DNA of 64,000 bases from Geopsychrobacteraceae bacterium. GTDB taxonomy: Bacteria; Desulfobacterota; Desulfuromonadia; Desulfuromonadales; Geopsychrobacteraceae. This document shows, piece by piece, positions 28,809 to 38,579 of this stretch (positions are counted from its first letter, which is position 1; every line of letters begins with the position of its first letter). The position numbers and the translations under genes are program-made. Where the stretch lies: NCBI GenBank assembly GCA_963662315.1, contig OY759353.1:4224001-4288000 (forward strand), in the 5' to 3' direction. Below the pieces are notes generated by a model. It was not told the DNA's origin. It did no database searches and saw nothing but the letters and a program-made list of their open reading frames with translations.

Positions 28809-29416
28809 ACATGAACAGGGTGATGACAGAAGGAGCACTGAATATGCAAATCTCCTGGTTTTTGGGGTTTGGCTGGGTATCAATTCTCACACTGATTGTT
28901 TGTGGTGTTGCTATAAACCTGCTCTCCGGTTCTCTGGCCTGGTTTATGTATATTCCCTTCCTTGTTGTCGCCTTGTATATGACGGTCCGTTTCCGGTTGT
29001 TCACTATGCATCCGTGGCGACGGGTGCATAGTCGGGTCATGCTCAGGTATGGCAAATTTGCGACCAATGAATATGATGCCGCCCAGTCTGCAGGCCGTGA
29101 ATTCGATATAAGAAAGCCCTGTGAGGGGTTGTTGGGTGAAATGTTTGACAGCGCGCAGCGTGCCGAACTTGCCCCTTTACTGGATGATGTTAAGCGCAAA
29201 GCCTATTTCCGGGAGTTGGTTGCAGAGTTTCCAGATGTTTTTTTGAAGAGTTTTTCCTCTTCAGATCCAAAGACGATTCTTCAACATATTGATAAGGATA
29301 TTGAGGCCAGTGAATTGGGGCCTGATGTTTTGATCGCAAAAGAAATTGAATTGAGGTACTCGCGCAAAGAGGCAGCGACGTATCTGCAATCACTGATGCT
29401 TGGTACGGTGAGGTAG
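28805..29416 (+). CDS. Hypothetical membrane protein inside the tct operon
   Basis: Two N-terminal TM helices plus soluble helical domain; exact start uncertain. Confidence 0.7.
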   Translation: MNMNRVMTEGALNMQISWFLGFGWVSILTLIVCGVAINLLSGSLAWFMYIPFLVVALYMTVRFRLFTMHPWRRVHSRVMLRYGKFATNEYDAAQSAGREFDIRKPCEGLLGEMFDSAQRAELAPLLDDVKRKAYFRELVAEFPDVFLKSFSSSDPKTILQHIDKDIEASELGPDVLIAKEIELRYSRKEAATYLQSLMLGTVR

Positions 29417-29465
29417 CCGTACCGTAAGGATGTTTCACCGCTTTATTAATCAAAGGAGAAGAAAC

Positions 29466-30470
29466 ATGAAATGCTTAAAATGGTTTGCATTGGTTGTTAT
29501 GGCTGGCCTGTTGCTGGTTGGAAATGCCAGTGCAGCAGACTATCCTGCCCACCCCATCAATGGCTATATTGCCTGGGGCGCAGGTGGTGGTACAGATACG
29601 GTGTCCCGTTTGGTAACGCCACTGGCTGAAAAAACTCTTGGCCAATCTGTCATCCTTGCTAACAAAACGGGTGCTACCGGTGCAATTGCTACCCAAGCCG
29701 CTTTTTCTGCCAAGGCTGATGGCTATACGCTGTTGTTCCATGCAGAGAACCCTCAGTTGTATCAAGTTCTCGGACTTTCTCAGCTGAGCTATGACGAGTT
29801 TGATCCGATTATGCTTTTCGTTCAGGGTTCGACCGTCATCGTTGTACCTAAAGATTCTCCGATCAAAACTTACGCTGATCTGATTAAAGCCGCTAAGGCT
29901 AATCCGGGTGGCCTGTCAATCGGTATCAGTGGGGTTGGTGGTCAGCCATGGGTGACTTCCAAGCTGATCAAGAAGATTGAAGGAGCAGAGTTTAATGCTG
30001 TTGCCTACAACGGCGATGGTCCGCTTGTAACCGCTTTGCTGGGTGGTCAGCTTGACGTCAGCGGCCTTGCTGTCGGTGCTGCTGCGCAGTACGTAAAAAA
30101 TGGTGATTTGCGCGCTCTGGCTATCATGAAAAACTCGCCAAATCACACACTTCCAGAGGTTCCGTATATTACCAAGCTGAATCCAGCATTTGAAGACGTT
30201 ATGAGAGCATCGGGTTTCTTCTATGGCGTTTTTGTTAAAAAAGGAACCCCGCAACCGATTATTGATAAACTGACCACTGCTTACCGGGTTGCTATTGAAG
30301 ATCCAAAATTCAGGGACTATGCCGAACTCAATGGTCTGTCAATTCTTGGTTATACCGGAGAAAAAGCACGCACTTTCATGAATAACTGGCGCTCACTGAT
30401 GTCCTGGTTGATCTGGGAATCGGGTGCCGGGAAAAATAATCCGGCAGATTTCAACATTCCAAAGATGTAA
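29466..30470 (+). CDS. tctC: Tripartite tricarboxylate transporter substrate-binding protein
   Basis: Signal peptide; YP..PI, GAGGGTD, NKTGATG, ADGYTL. Confidence 0.92.
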   Translation: MKCLKWFALVVMAGLLLVGNASAADYPAHPINGYIAWGAGGGTDTVSRLVTPLAEKTLGQSVILANKTGATGAIATQAAFSAKADGYTLLFHAENPQLYQVLGLSQLSYDEFDPIMLFVQGSTVIVVPKDSPIKTYADLIKAAKANPGGLSIGISGVGGQPWVTSKLIKKIEGAEFNAVAYNGDGPLVTALLGGQLDVSGLAVGAAAQYVKNGDLRALAIMKNSPNHTLPEVPYITKLNPAFEDVMRASGFFYGVFVKKGTPQPIIDKLTTAYRVAIEDPKFRDYAELNGLSILGYTGEKARTFMNNWRSLMSWLIWESGAGKNNPADFNIPKM

Positions 30471-30490
30471 AAGAGCTAATCGAGATAACT

Positions 30491-30540
30491 GACCTTACTA
30501 AAACGACGAGCAGTTTTTGCTCGTCGTTTTTAGTAAGGTC
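30491..30540. terminator. Long hairpin between tctC and aroD
   Basis: gaccttactaaaacgacgagca...tgctcgtcgtttttagtaaggtc. Confidence 0.65.
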
Positions 30541-30612
30541 TGCCCGGTACAGAAAAAATATATTTTTACACGATATTAAGCCGTAAAGTTTGATATTGAA
30601 CGGAGCTTTTAG

Positions 30613-31377
30613 ATGGAAACGGTCAAAGTAAAAAATGTCATTTTTGGTGAAGGTGTTCCGAAAATCTGTGTGCCAATTGTTGCCGAAACCAAAGCCGCTA
30701 TTGTCGAAGAAGCGAGAAGCTTCAAAGATATTCACGTTGATGTCGTTGAGTGGCGGGTCGATTGGTTCGAGGGGGTCGAGGATTCTGCTCAGGTTGTTGA
30801 TGTCCTGATAGAATTGGGGCCCGTACTGAATGATATTCCATTGCTGTTTACTTTCCGGACCAAAAAGGAAGGTGGCAATCGTGAGATGTCAGCTGAGAAA
30901 TACCAACAGTTGAACCGCGATATCGTTGCCAGTGGGCTTATCGACCTGCTGGATGTCGAGATCTTTATTGGCGATGACATTGTCAAGGATCTTGTTGCTG
31001 CCGCCCATGCCAAAGGGATCAAGGTTGTTGGCTCCAATCATGACTTCGACAAGACTCCAGCAAAAGACGATATTATTTACCGGTTGCGAAAAATGCAGGA
31101 CATGGGGGCAGATATCCCCAAGATTGCCGTTATGCCTCAGTGCGCGCTTGATGTGCTGACCCTGCTCGAAGCGACTGTCGTCATGAAAGAGCAATATGCT
31201 GACCGTCCGCTTATTACCATGTCGATGGCCGGGCAGGGAGTCGTAAGTCGCCTGGCAGGAGAAATTTTCGGGTCATGTCTGACCTTCGGGGCCGCCAAGA
31301 AGGCTTCGGCACCAGGGCAGATCGGTGTAAATGATCTTTATGAAACTCTGGTTCTTATTCATAAAAGTTCAACTTAA
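30613..31377 (+). CDS. aroD: Type I 3-dehydroquinate dehydratase
   Basis: EWRVD, FTFRT.KEGG, SNHDF..TP, KIAVMP, SAPGQ. Confidence 0.95.
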   Translation: METVKVKNVIFGEGVPKICVPIVAETKAAIVEEARSFKDIHVDVVEWRVDWFEGVEDSAQVVDVLIELGPVLNDIPLLFTFRTKKEGGNREMSAEKYQQLNRDIVASGLIDLLDVEIFIGDDIVKDLVAAAHAKGIKVVGSNHDFDKTPAKDDIIYRLRKMQDMGADIPKIAVMPQCALDVLTLLEATVVMKEQYADRPLITMSMAGQGVVSRLAGEIFGSCLTFGAAKKASAPGQIGVNDLYETLVLIHKSST

Positions 31378-31386
31378 GCAGGTATC

Positions 31387-31420
31387 AACTACCCATCTGT
31401 AACCGCCGGTGGGTAGTTTT
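31387..31420 (+). terminator. Intrinsic terminator after aroD
   Basis: aactaccca...tgggtagtttt. Confidence 0.6.
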
Positions 31421-31843
31421 CTGATTTCTCAAGGTGTTATTATGCTGTTTGCTGTGAAAACCCAGGTTTCATGAGGGATTTTCTGCTTAGCCGACGCCGG
31501 TAACCAGAAAGAGTCTTTCACATAGAAACAACCCCTGGGGTTCCGCATGCAGTCGAACATCCTGCTTTTGAGAAGGTATTTTCTAGCGGGATGGCGCGCA
31601 GTATCCAGGTTCTGGTCCGGCACAAAGCAGACCCGCTTTACCGACAACACCAAACTTGGCATTGAGGAAATCAAGCGAGAGCTCAGGTGGATTCACCAAC
31701 ATGGCCATGCCGTTCACCAGAGCCACTGGTAGCATGCACCGCATGCCCCCGGCTCTGGGCCGTACCCGGAAACTTTTTCGGCCGCTTTAGCTACTCATTT
31801 GGAAACGGAAAATTCAAGGCGCGACGATTGTTCGTTGCGCCAA

Positions 31844-32473
31844 CTAGATATTCTGATTCACTTCAAAGGCCAACTTATTCGCTTCACTTTTTTCCAGTAA
31901 TTCGGAACACACCTGCTGAACACAGGTCCAATCATATTGCGGAAATGCCTCGGCGGCTTCTTTCTGTTGGTTGGAAAACTGGTTGCGCAAAATGGCAACA
32001 ACGCCTTTAGCGTGTTCACCCATTCCTTCCGCGGAAATGAAAACCAGGGCGTCGATAAGATCGGCCAGTTTTATAACCATCAGGTATTCCGGGTGCTGTT
32101 GCTTCATGTCCAGCTTTTTTTTGTGCAGCCAGGGGGCGATGGCCTGCTCGATTTTATCCAGCGGATTTTCGCCAGTGCAAATCTGATCGATATGGCACTT
32201 TAAGGGACTTGGAAGATCGCCGGTTAAAAGTTCCGGAGTATCATGCAGCAGGGCATAGTCCATGATTTCCAGTAAACCGGTATCATCAATGGCCGGGCCA
32301 AAAATTTTCTTGGCCAGGGTATGAGAAATCCGTGCCACCATATAATGATGCTCGGCCAGGGTTTGTTCACGAAAAGTCCGGACACTGTGCCACCGTGTCA
32401 CGTGACCGGACCGGGCGAGGTCGGCCAGGGTTAATTTGGGAAGTTCCATTTTCAGCTCTTTCTGTTTATTCAA
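31844..32473 (-). CDS. HD-domain 5'-deoxynucleotidase, YfbR-like
   Basis: RW, TLAEHHY, ALLHD..E..TGDLPSPLK, KLAD. Confidence 0.85.
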   Translation of the reverse strand: MNKQKELKMELPKLTLADLARSGHVTRWHSVRTFREQTLAEHHYMVARISHTLAKKIFGPAIDDTGLLEIMDYALLHDTPELLTGDLPSPLKCHIDQICTGENPLDKIEQAIAPWLHKKKLDMKQQHPEYLMVIKLADLIDALVFISAEGMGEHAKGVVAILRNQFSNQQKEAAEAFPQYDWTCVQQVCSELLEKSEANKLAFEVNQNI

Positions 32474-32629
32474 AGTTTGGGCTGCTTATTATGCCCAGAT
32501 TCGTACTCTTTTCAAATGAAAAGAAGGATTGCTGTTGGCGGGGGATGGATTGGGATGATCTATTGTATCGAACGTTTGTCGTTACAAGTCGAGCCCGGCC
32601 TGTAACGACAAACGCTTATGGCTCTCTAC

Positions 32630-34051
32630 TTATAAATACTCATAAAAAGCTTTATACGCTTTATAGGTATGGAACAAATCACCTTTTGAGGCTATTTCAA
32701 AGGGGGCGTGCATGGATAGAAGTGCCGGTCCACAGTCGATGACATCCATACCGAAGAAGGCGAGAAACATGGCGATGGTGCCGCCGCCCCCCTGATCAAC
32801 TTTACCCAGTTCTGCATTTTGAAATAAGACGCCACCTTTCTCGAATGCACCTCTGACTGCAGCAGTAAACTCAGCATGGGCCTCATTGGAACCGGATTTA
32901 CCCCTGGCCCCGGTGAATTTGGTCAGGCACACGCCGTAGCCGATTTTCCCGGCATTGAGTTTGTCGTTGACGCTGGCCCATTCCGGGTCGATTCCGGCAT
33001 TGACGTCGGCTGAAAGGACTTTTGAAGAAGACAGAGCCGCGAGCGCCCTCTGGTAGTCTCCTTTTCCGGCGTGCTGCATCAGAGCGCTGATGGCCCGCTC
33101 CATAAGATTCGAATCGGCACCGGCATTACCCTTGGAGCCGATCTCTTCTTTATCGAAGAACACCGCCAGGCGATTGTTATGGGTCGCTTCGGCATTCAGA
33201 AATGCCTGCAATGTGGTATAGGCACAGATTCTGTCATCCTGGCCATAGCCACCAATAAAACTACGGTCGAGACCAACATCCCTGGCTTTTCCTGCCGGAA
33301 CCATTTGCAGCTCAGCTGAAATGAAATCACCTTCGGTGATCCCGTAGCTGTCGTAGAGCAACTTCATGATGGCCAGCTTAACGTGGTCTTTATCGTCATC
33401 ATAGGCGTAGGGAACTGACCCGGTCAGGATATTGAGCTGTTCCCCTTCAATAAAGACACTGGCTTCCTTGCTCATCTGATCCTTGCCCAGATGGGGCAGT
33501 AGGTCGTTGATGGTAAAGACCGGATCTGTGTCCTGCTCTCCGATGACGATGGTTTTCTCTGTTCCGTCACTCATAATCACCACGCCATGCATGGCCAAGG
33601 GGCGGGTGACCCACTGATACTTTTTAATTCCGCCGTAATAATGAGTTTTGAAATAGGCCATGTTCTCACTTTCATAAAGAGGGTTCCCCTTAAGATCGAT
33701 ACGTGGTGCGTCGATGTGGGCTCCGACAATGAGAAAACCGTTTTCCAAAGTGCTTCTGTTTCCAAGATCAGCGAGGATACAACTGACCTTGTCAAAGACA
33801 AGAATCAGCTTGTTATCTTCAGGACCGGCCTCTTCCAGCCTGACATAACCCGCTTCCCGTGCTGTTTTTTCTATATATAAAGCGGCTTCCCGCTCGGTTT
33901 TCGCCGCGTCGAGAAAGTTTTTATACCCTTCAGCAAAAGCCATGATGTCTTTTTCACCATCAGCTCCGACATCTTTCCAGGTCGATTTTTTGGTGAAAAA
34001 GAGTTTTTCCTTCAGTTTATCTATGTCTTTTTTCTGTTTATCTTTGTTCAT
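32630..34051 (-). CDS. M18 family aminopeptidase
   Basis: AHIDAPR, HYYGG, GQDDR, DKEEIGS, SMHAP. Confidence 0.92.
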   Translation of the reverse strand: MNKDKQKKDIDKLKEKLFFTKKSTWKDVGADGEKDIMAFAEGYKNFLDAAKTEREAALYIEKTAREAGYVRLEEAGPEDNKLILVFDKVSCILADLGNRSTLENGFLIVGAHIDAPRIDLKGNPLYESENMAYFKTHYYGGIKKYQWVTRPLAMHGVVIMSDGTEKTIVIGEQDTDPVFTINDLLPHLGKDQMSKEASVFIEGEQLNILTGSVPYAYDDDKDHVKLAIMKLLYDSYGITEGDFISAELQMVPAGKARDVGLDRSFIGGYGQDDRICAYTTLQAFLNAEATHNNRLAVFFDKEEIGSKGNAGADSNLMERAISALMQHAGKGDYQRALAALSSSKVLSADVNAGIDPEWASVNDKLNAGKIGYGVCLTKFTGARGKSGSNEAHAEFTAAVRGAFEKGGVLFQNAELGKVDQGGGGTIAMFLAFFGMDVIDCGPALLSMHAPFEIASKGDLFHTYKAYKAFYEYL

Positions 34052-34187
34052 GTAGCACTCCTTAATATTTAAGTATCCAAGACTTTTTTTATTTTAGTCT
34101 GGAAATGGCGTCTTGGCACAATCGTCTTTGTAACCTTAAGCGTTTCCGGAAAATCTGTCAGGTTATATCTGAGGGGCAAAGAAGGGG

Positions 34188-37100
34188 TTATTGCCCTGAT
34201 ATTTTTTCCAACTCTGCAAGGGCCAGTTGGTAGGCGACCTGTGCCTCTAAGTGTTTATACTGCGCTGTTTTGAGATCCGAAATCAATTGGGCATGAGCCG
34301 CCGGGGTAATGGTTTCAACCTGCAGTTGATCGTCACCCTGCCGCAGCAGTTCACGGCGCAAAGTGACCGCTTCACTGGCTACCTCGACCAGCTGTCTGAT
34401 TTGTTCCAGTTTGCGGTAGGCTTTGCTGATACTGACCTCAACGTCCTGTTGTACCTGCGCCAGATGTCTCTGGGCCTGAAGCAATTGCATCTTTCGCTGG
34501 TTGGTCTGCGCAGCCTTTTTTCCCCAGTCAAACACATCCCAATTCATCTGGATGCCGACCATGCCGATATCCTCTTTTAAAAAGGAGATGCCATCCTGGT
34601 GAATATAGGTTCCGAACAGGCCAACATCAGGCAAATGGGCATGCTGGGCTGCACTGACGCCACTATTCGCTTTCAAGACCTGCTTGTAGGCGGCTTCGAT
34701 GTCGGGACTACTGTTCAGTGTCTGGTTGATAATCTCCTGCCGGGGAGGCATGTCAGGCATCACCAGATTCTCCGGCAGCGGGACGTATTCACTGTCTAAA
34801 GGCTGTCCCAGTAGTTTGCTCAGGTCGGCACTTAAGTCGGCGCTTTGAATCCGGCTGGTCAGTAAGGCCTGCTTGGCTTCCATGAGTTTCACTTTGGCGG
34901 CAGTGACCGCAACCGGCAACACGACACCGCCTGCTTCAGCATTGCTTACATCAGCCAGCATGGCCTGGGCCGTTGCTATAGTGGCTTGTTCGCTGTGCTG
35001 TTGTTCTTTAGCGAGCAGCAAACCATAGAAGAGGCGTTTTACCGCGTAAATGATTTCAGCCCGGACCTGCCGAAGCTGAGCCTCGGATATCTGCCGTTCA
35101 GCGTTGGCAACGTCCTCAGCATCGCCGATTTTGATAATCTGGGTCAGCGGTTGTTTCAGTGTCAGGGCGTTGAGTAATGTTGTTTGGGAGCCCTGGTCAA
35201 TTTCAACCGTATCCGCGGGGAAGTTACCAAGCCCCGGAACCGTTCCAATAGATCCGGCCGGAATTTGTACGACCTGCTTATTACTCAGGTACGAATAGGT
35301 CAGCTCATCGGTTAAGTGTGGGTAATAATCAGCTGTTACCTGACTTTCTTTGTATCTGCTTTCAGCGACTTTAGCGCGGGAAATCTTAAGCAGGTTACTG
35401 TTTTCAAGAGCCAGGTCAATAGCCTGGGACAGGGATAATGGCTGAACTTCTGAAGCATCACCAGTAGCAGGTACCAGCATCAGGCTGCACATCAGGACAA
35501 GTGCCGTGGCCGTGACCTTATGCTTGTCTAAACCAGAACAGGCCTGAACATAAAGAACCGGAACCACCAGCAGGGTGAAAAACATGGAAACGAACAACCC
35601 TACGGCGATAACACTGGCTAACGGACTCCACAGGCTTGAACCGGAAAGAATCATGGGGGTGACTCCGACAGCGGCCGCCATGGTGGTTAAAAAGATCGGT
35701 CGCAGCCGCCGCTCGCCGGCTTCGGTAGCGGCCTGGATAAGCGTGTGCCCCTCAGCAATGCGTTCGTTGATATAATCGACCAGAATAATGGCATTACGCA
35801 CCACAATGCCGCACAGGCTGATCAAACCGACAAAGGCGGTAAAGCCGAAGGCGTTGTTGGTCATATACAGTCCCAATACCGCTCCTGGCAGCATCAGGGG
35901 GATGGAGCACATGATGACAATCGGTTCACGCAGGTTGCGGAACTGGAATAGCAGCACAATAAAGATAGCCAGTAGACTGATCCCCAGCGCTGCGATCATT
36001 TTAGGCAGGGTTTCTTCCTGATTATCTCTTTCGCCACCATAGGATATCTGGTAGCCCGCCGGTAACTTCAGCTTTGCGAGCCTGGGCTGGATGGCGGCCA
36101 GCAGTTCGGATGCATAGTGTCCTGAACTGACGAAACTACGGACCGTGATGGTGCGTACCCCATTACGGTGGACGATGCGGCCGGTTTCCCATTCAGGGGC
36201 AATGCTGGCAATTGAGCGCAATGGCACGCTGGCTCCTGTCAGCCGTGAGGTGACGATAGCATCTTCCCCATCATTGAAGTTTTTCCTGTCATCTGCATCC
36301 AGTTTGAGCAGAATCGTCACCGGGCGATCTCCTTCCCAGAAAATACTCACCGGTAAACCGCTAAACGAGCCATAGAGGGTGCGGGCGACAACGGCGTTGG
36401 TGAGCCCGAGGCGGTTGGCCAGCTCGCTGTCAACACTGACGTTTGCCATAACCGCATCATTGTAATAGTCATGATGAATATTACGGGCGTAGGGAATGGT
36501 GCTGATCATGGTACGAATTTCGGCTGCCAGGGTTTTTAGTTCTTCAAGCTTGGGTCCTGAAATGCGGATTTCAACCGGGGCTTCAACAATATTACCCTGC
36601 TGCAATTCTTTAACCACGACCATCGCTTCCGGGACCAGCAGCGCCAGATCAGAACTTAAGGCTGCGACCAATCCCGGTGTTTCTTCCAGTGACCTGGTGT
36701 TGACAATCAGTTGACCATAGGCTGTATCCGGTTGTTGGGGATTGACGTTGTAGTAAAAGCGTGGGGCACTCTGGCCGATGAAACTGGCATATTCAACAAT
36801 GCCGGGACGCTGGGAGAGATCGGTTTCGATGCGTTTGAGTGCTGCGTCGGTTGCTTCAATCCGGCTGCCCTGGGGCATCCAGACATCAATAACAAATTGA
36901 TCACGTTCGGCAGACGGGAAGAATTGACGTGGCACCTGGGGGAATAGCAGGGCGCAGCCAACCAGGGCGACAACGGCCAGCAGCAGGGCGAAAATTTTTC
37001 TACGCATCAGAAATTGTATGCTAGCGGCATAGCTGTTTTGCAGGCGGTCGAGCAATGACAGGTGCTTCTTGCCTTTTTGAGGAGACTTGTCATGTAACCC

Positions 37101-38579
37101 CTGGCGCACGAAGAAGCGGCACAGAATCGGGGTCAGCAGTACCGCGACGATGAAGGAAACGCTCAGGGCTATGGTGACAGTCAGGGGCAGAGCCTGGATA
37201 AATTCGCCTGTCGAACCGGTCAGAATCAACAGCGGCAGGAACGAGCAGATAATGGTAATCGTCGCCGTAAAGACCGGAATGACCACTTCGGTTGCTGAGC
37301 GCCAGGCGGCTTCGGCGCGTGGCACCTGGCGGTCAAGGAGTTCGACATAGTTATCGGCGATGACGATGGCATCATCGACGATAATACCCAGCACAACGAT
37401 CAGCGCAGCGATTGACACCTGGTGCAGGGCAATGCCGCAGTAATCCATGATACCGAGGGTCGTGGCCAGGGTAATCGGAATGGCAATAGCTGAAACCAGC
37501 GCGACACGAAACGGTAATAACAGCATGGTGACCAGAATGACTGAGCCGATGGCGAGCAAAAACTCATGACTCAAGTCCTTGATGCGCTCGCTGACCACTG
37601 TTGGCTGATCCGCGACAATATCAAGTTTCAGGTCCGGGGGTAACTGGGTATCCAGATGCGAAAAGACCTGACTGATACTCTCTCCCAGCTGGACAATATT
37701 TTTGCCTTTTTGCATTTCGATAGAAAGCATAATGCAGGGTTCGCCATTGTAACGAACCATAAAGGTCGGGTCCTGATAACGACGGGTGACCTGGGCGATG
37801 TCGCGGATATAGACCGGCTGCCCGGACGGGGAGACATTAACCAGCAGGTTGCGGATGTCTTCCTCGGTATCAAATGCTCCTTGCATGCGCAGGGGAACAT
37901 CTAAACTCGGGGTATCGACGGAACCTGCGGCACTGATAACATTCTGTTGTTGCAGCGCCTGCATAATCCGCAGGGGACTGGTCTCGTGCTGGGCGATCTG
38001 CTCTTTGCTGCTGGTTACCCAGACCTGCTCGTTCTGAGCGCCGTAAGTGGCCATTTTGCCAATGTTACGAATGGTCCGCAGTTGGTCTTGAATCCGGTCG
38101 ACGTAATCCTGTAATTCACGATATCCATAGCGCTGGCCATGTATGGCGACCAGCATGGCGACAGTATCGCCAAAGTCAGATTTTACCAGGGGGCCGCGCA
38201 CGCCGGCAGGGAGCTCTGTGGCTGCGGTCTCATTCATTTCATGGCGCATTTTGGCCCAGAATAGATCGGGGTTGTCAACGTTATCTTCCAATTCAACATT
38301 GATGACCACCAGCCCATGGCGACTGGTGGAAAAGGTTTTCTCCTTACGGACTTCAGGGAATTTGAAGATGTGTTTTTCGAGGGTTTTGGTGACCTGTTTT
38401 TCAACCTGTTCGGCGGTCGCTCCCGGGTACTGGGCCAGAATTAAACCGGTACGGATGGTAATTGACGGGTCCTCTGTTTTAGGCATGGTGGTAAAGGCAT
38501 GCATGCCGACCAGAAACAGCAAGGCCGCAAAAAACAGGGCGACAACCGGATGATGCAGTGAGCTTTTGATCGGGTTCAT
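34188..38579 (-). CDS. RND efflux permease fused to a C-terminal TolC-like outer membrane factor
   Basis: ~1010-aa AcrB-like region (GIIVDDAIV, RLRPIFLTT) followed in frame by LSLSQAIDLALEN...OEP repeats. Confidence 0.9.
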   Translation of the reverse strand: MNPIKSSLHHPVVALFFAALLFLVGMHAFTTMPKTEDPSITIRTGLILAQYPGATAEQVEKQVTKTLEKHIFKFPEVRKEKTFSTSRHGLVVINVELEDNVDNPDLFWAKMRHEMNETAATELPAGVRGPLVKSDFGDTVAMLVAIHGQRYGYRELQDYVDRIQDQLRTIRNIGKMATYGAQNEQVWVTSSKEQIAQHETSPLRIMQALQQQNVISAAGSVDTPSLDVPLRMQGAFDTEEDIRNLLVNVSPSGQPVYIRDIAQVTRRYQDPTFMVRYNGEPCIMLSIEMQKGKNIVQLGESISQVFSHLDTQLPPDLKLDIVADQPTVVSERIKDLSHEFLLAIGSVILVTMLLLPFRVALVSAIAIPITLATTLGIMDYCGIALHQVSIAALIVVLGIIVDDAIVIADNYVELLDRQVPRAEAAWRSATEVVIPVFTATITIICSFLPLLILTGSTGEFIQALPLTVTIALSVSFIVAVLLTPILCRFFVRQGLHDKSPQKGKKHLSLLDRLQNSYAASIQFLMRRKIFALLLAVVALVGCALLFPQVPRQFFPSAERDQFVIDVWMPQGSRIEATDAALKRIETDLSQRPGIVEYASFIGQSAPRFYYNVNPQQPDTAYGQLIVNTRSLEETPGLVAALSSDLALLVPEAMVVVKELQQGNIVEAPVEIRISGPKLEELKTLAAEIRTMISTIPYARNIHHDYYNDAVMANVSVDSELANRLGLTNAVVARTLYGSFSGLPVSIFWEGDRPVTILLKLDADDRKNFNDGEDAIVTSRLTGASVPLRSIASIAPEWETGRIVHRNGVRTITVRSFVSSGHYASELLAAIQPRLAKLKLPAGYQISYGGERDNQEETLPKMIAALGISLLAIFIVLLFQFRNLREPIVIMCSIPLMLPGAVLGLYMTNNAFGFTAFVGLISLCGIVVRNAIILVDYINERIAEGHTLIQAATEAGERRLRPIFLTTMAAAVGVTPMILSGSSLWSPLASVIAVGLFVSMFFTLLVVPVLYVQACSGLDKHKVTATALVLMCSLMLVPATGDASEVQPLSLSQAIDLALENSNLLKISRAKVAESRYKESQVTADYYPHLTDELTYSYLSNKQVVQIPAGSIGTVPGLGNFPADTVEIDQGSQTTLLNALTLKQPLTQIIKIGDAEDVANAERQISEAQLRQVRAEIIYAVKRLFYGLLLAKEQQHSEQATIATAQAMLADVSNAEAGGVVLPVAVTAAKVKLMEAKQALLTSRIQSADLSADLSKLLGQPLDSEYVPLPENLVMPDMPPRQEIINQTLNSSPDIEAAYKQVLKANSGVSAAQHAHLPDVGLFGTYIHQDGISFLKEDIGMVGIQMNWDVFDWGKKAAQTNQRKMQLLQAQRHLAQVQQDVEVSISKAYRKLEQIRQLVEVASEAVTLRRELLRQGDDQLQVETITPAAHAQLISDLKTAQYKHLEAQVAYQLALAELEKISGQ

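Noticed and set aside
31430..31843. Gene between aroD and the HD protein
   Set aside because: Only short broken frames with no motif I can recognise
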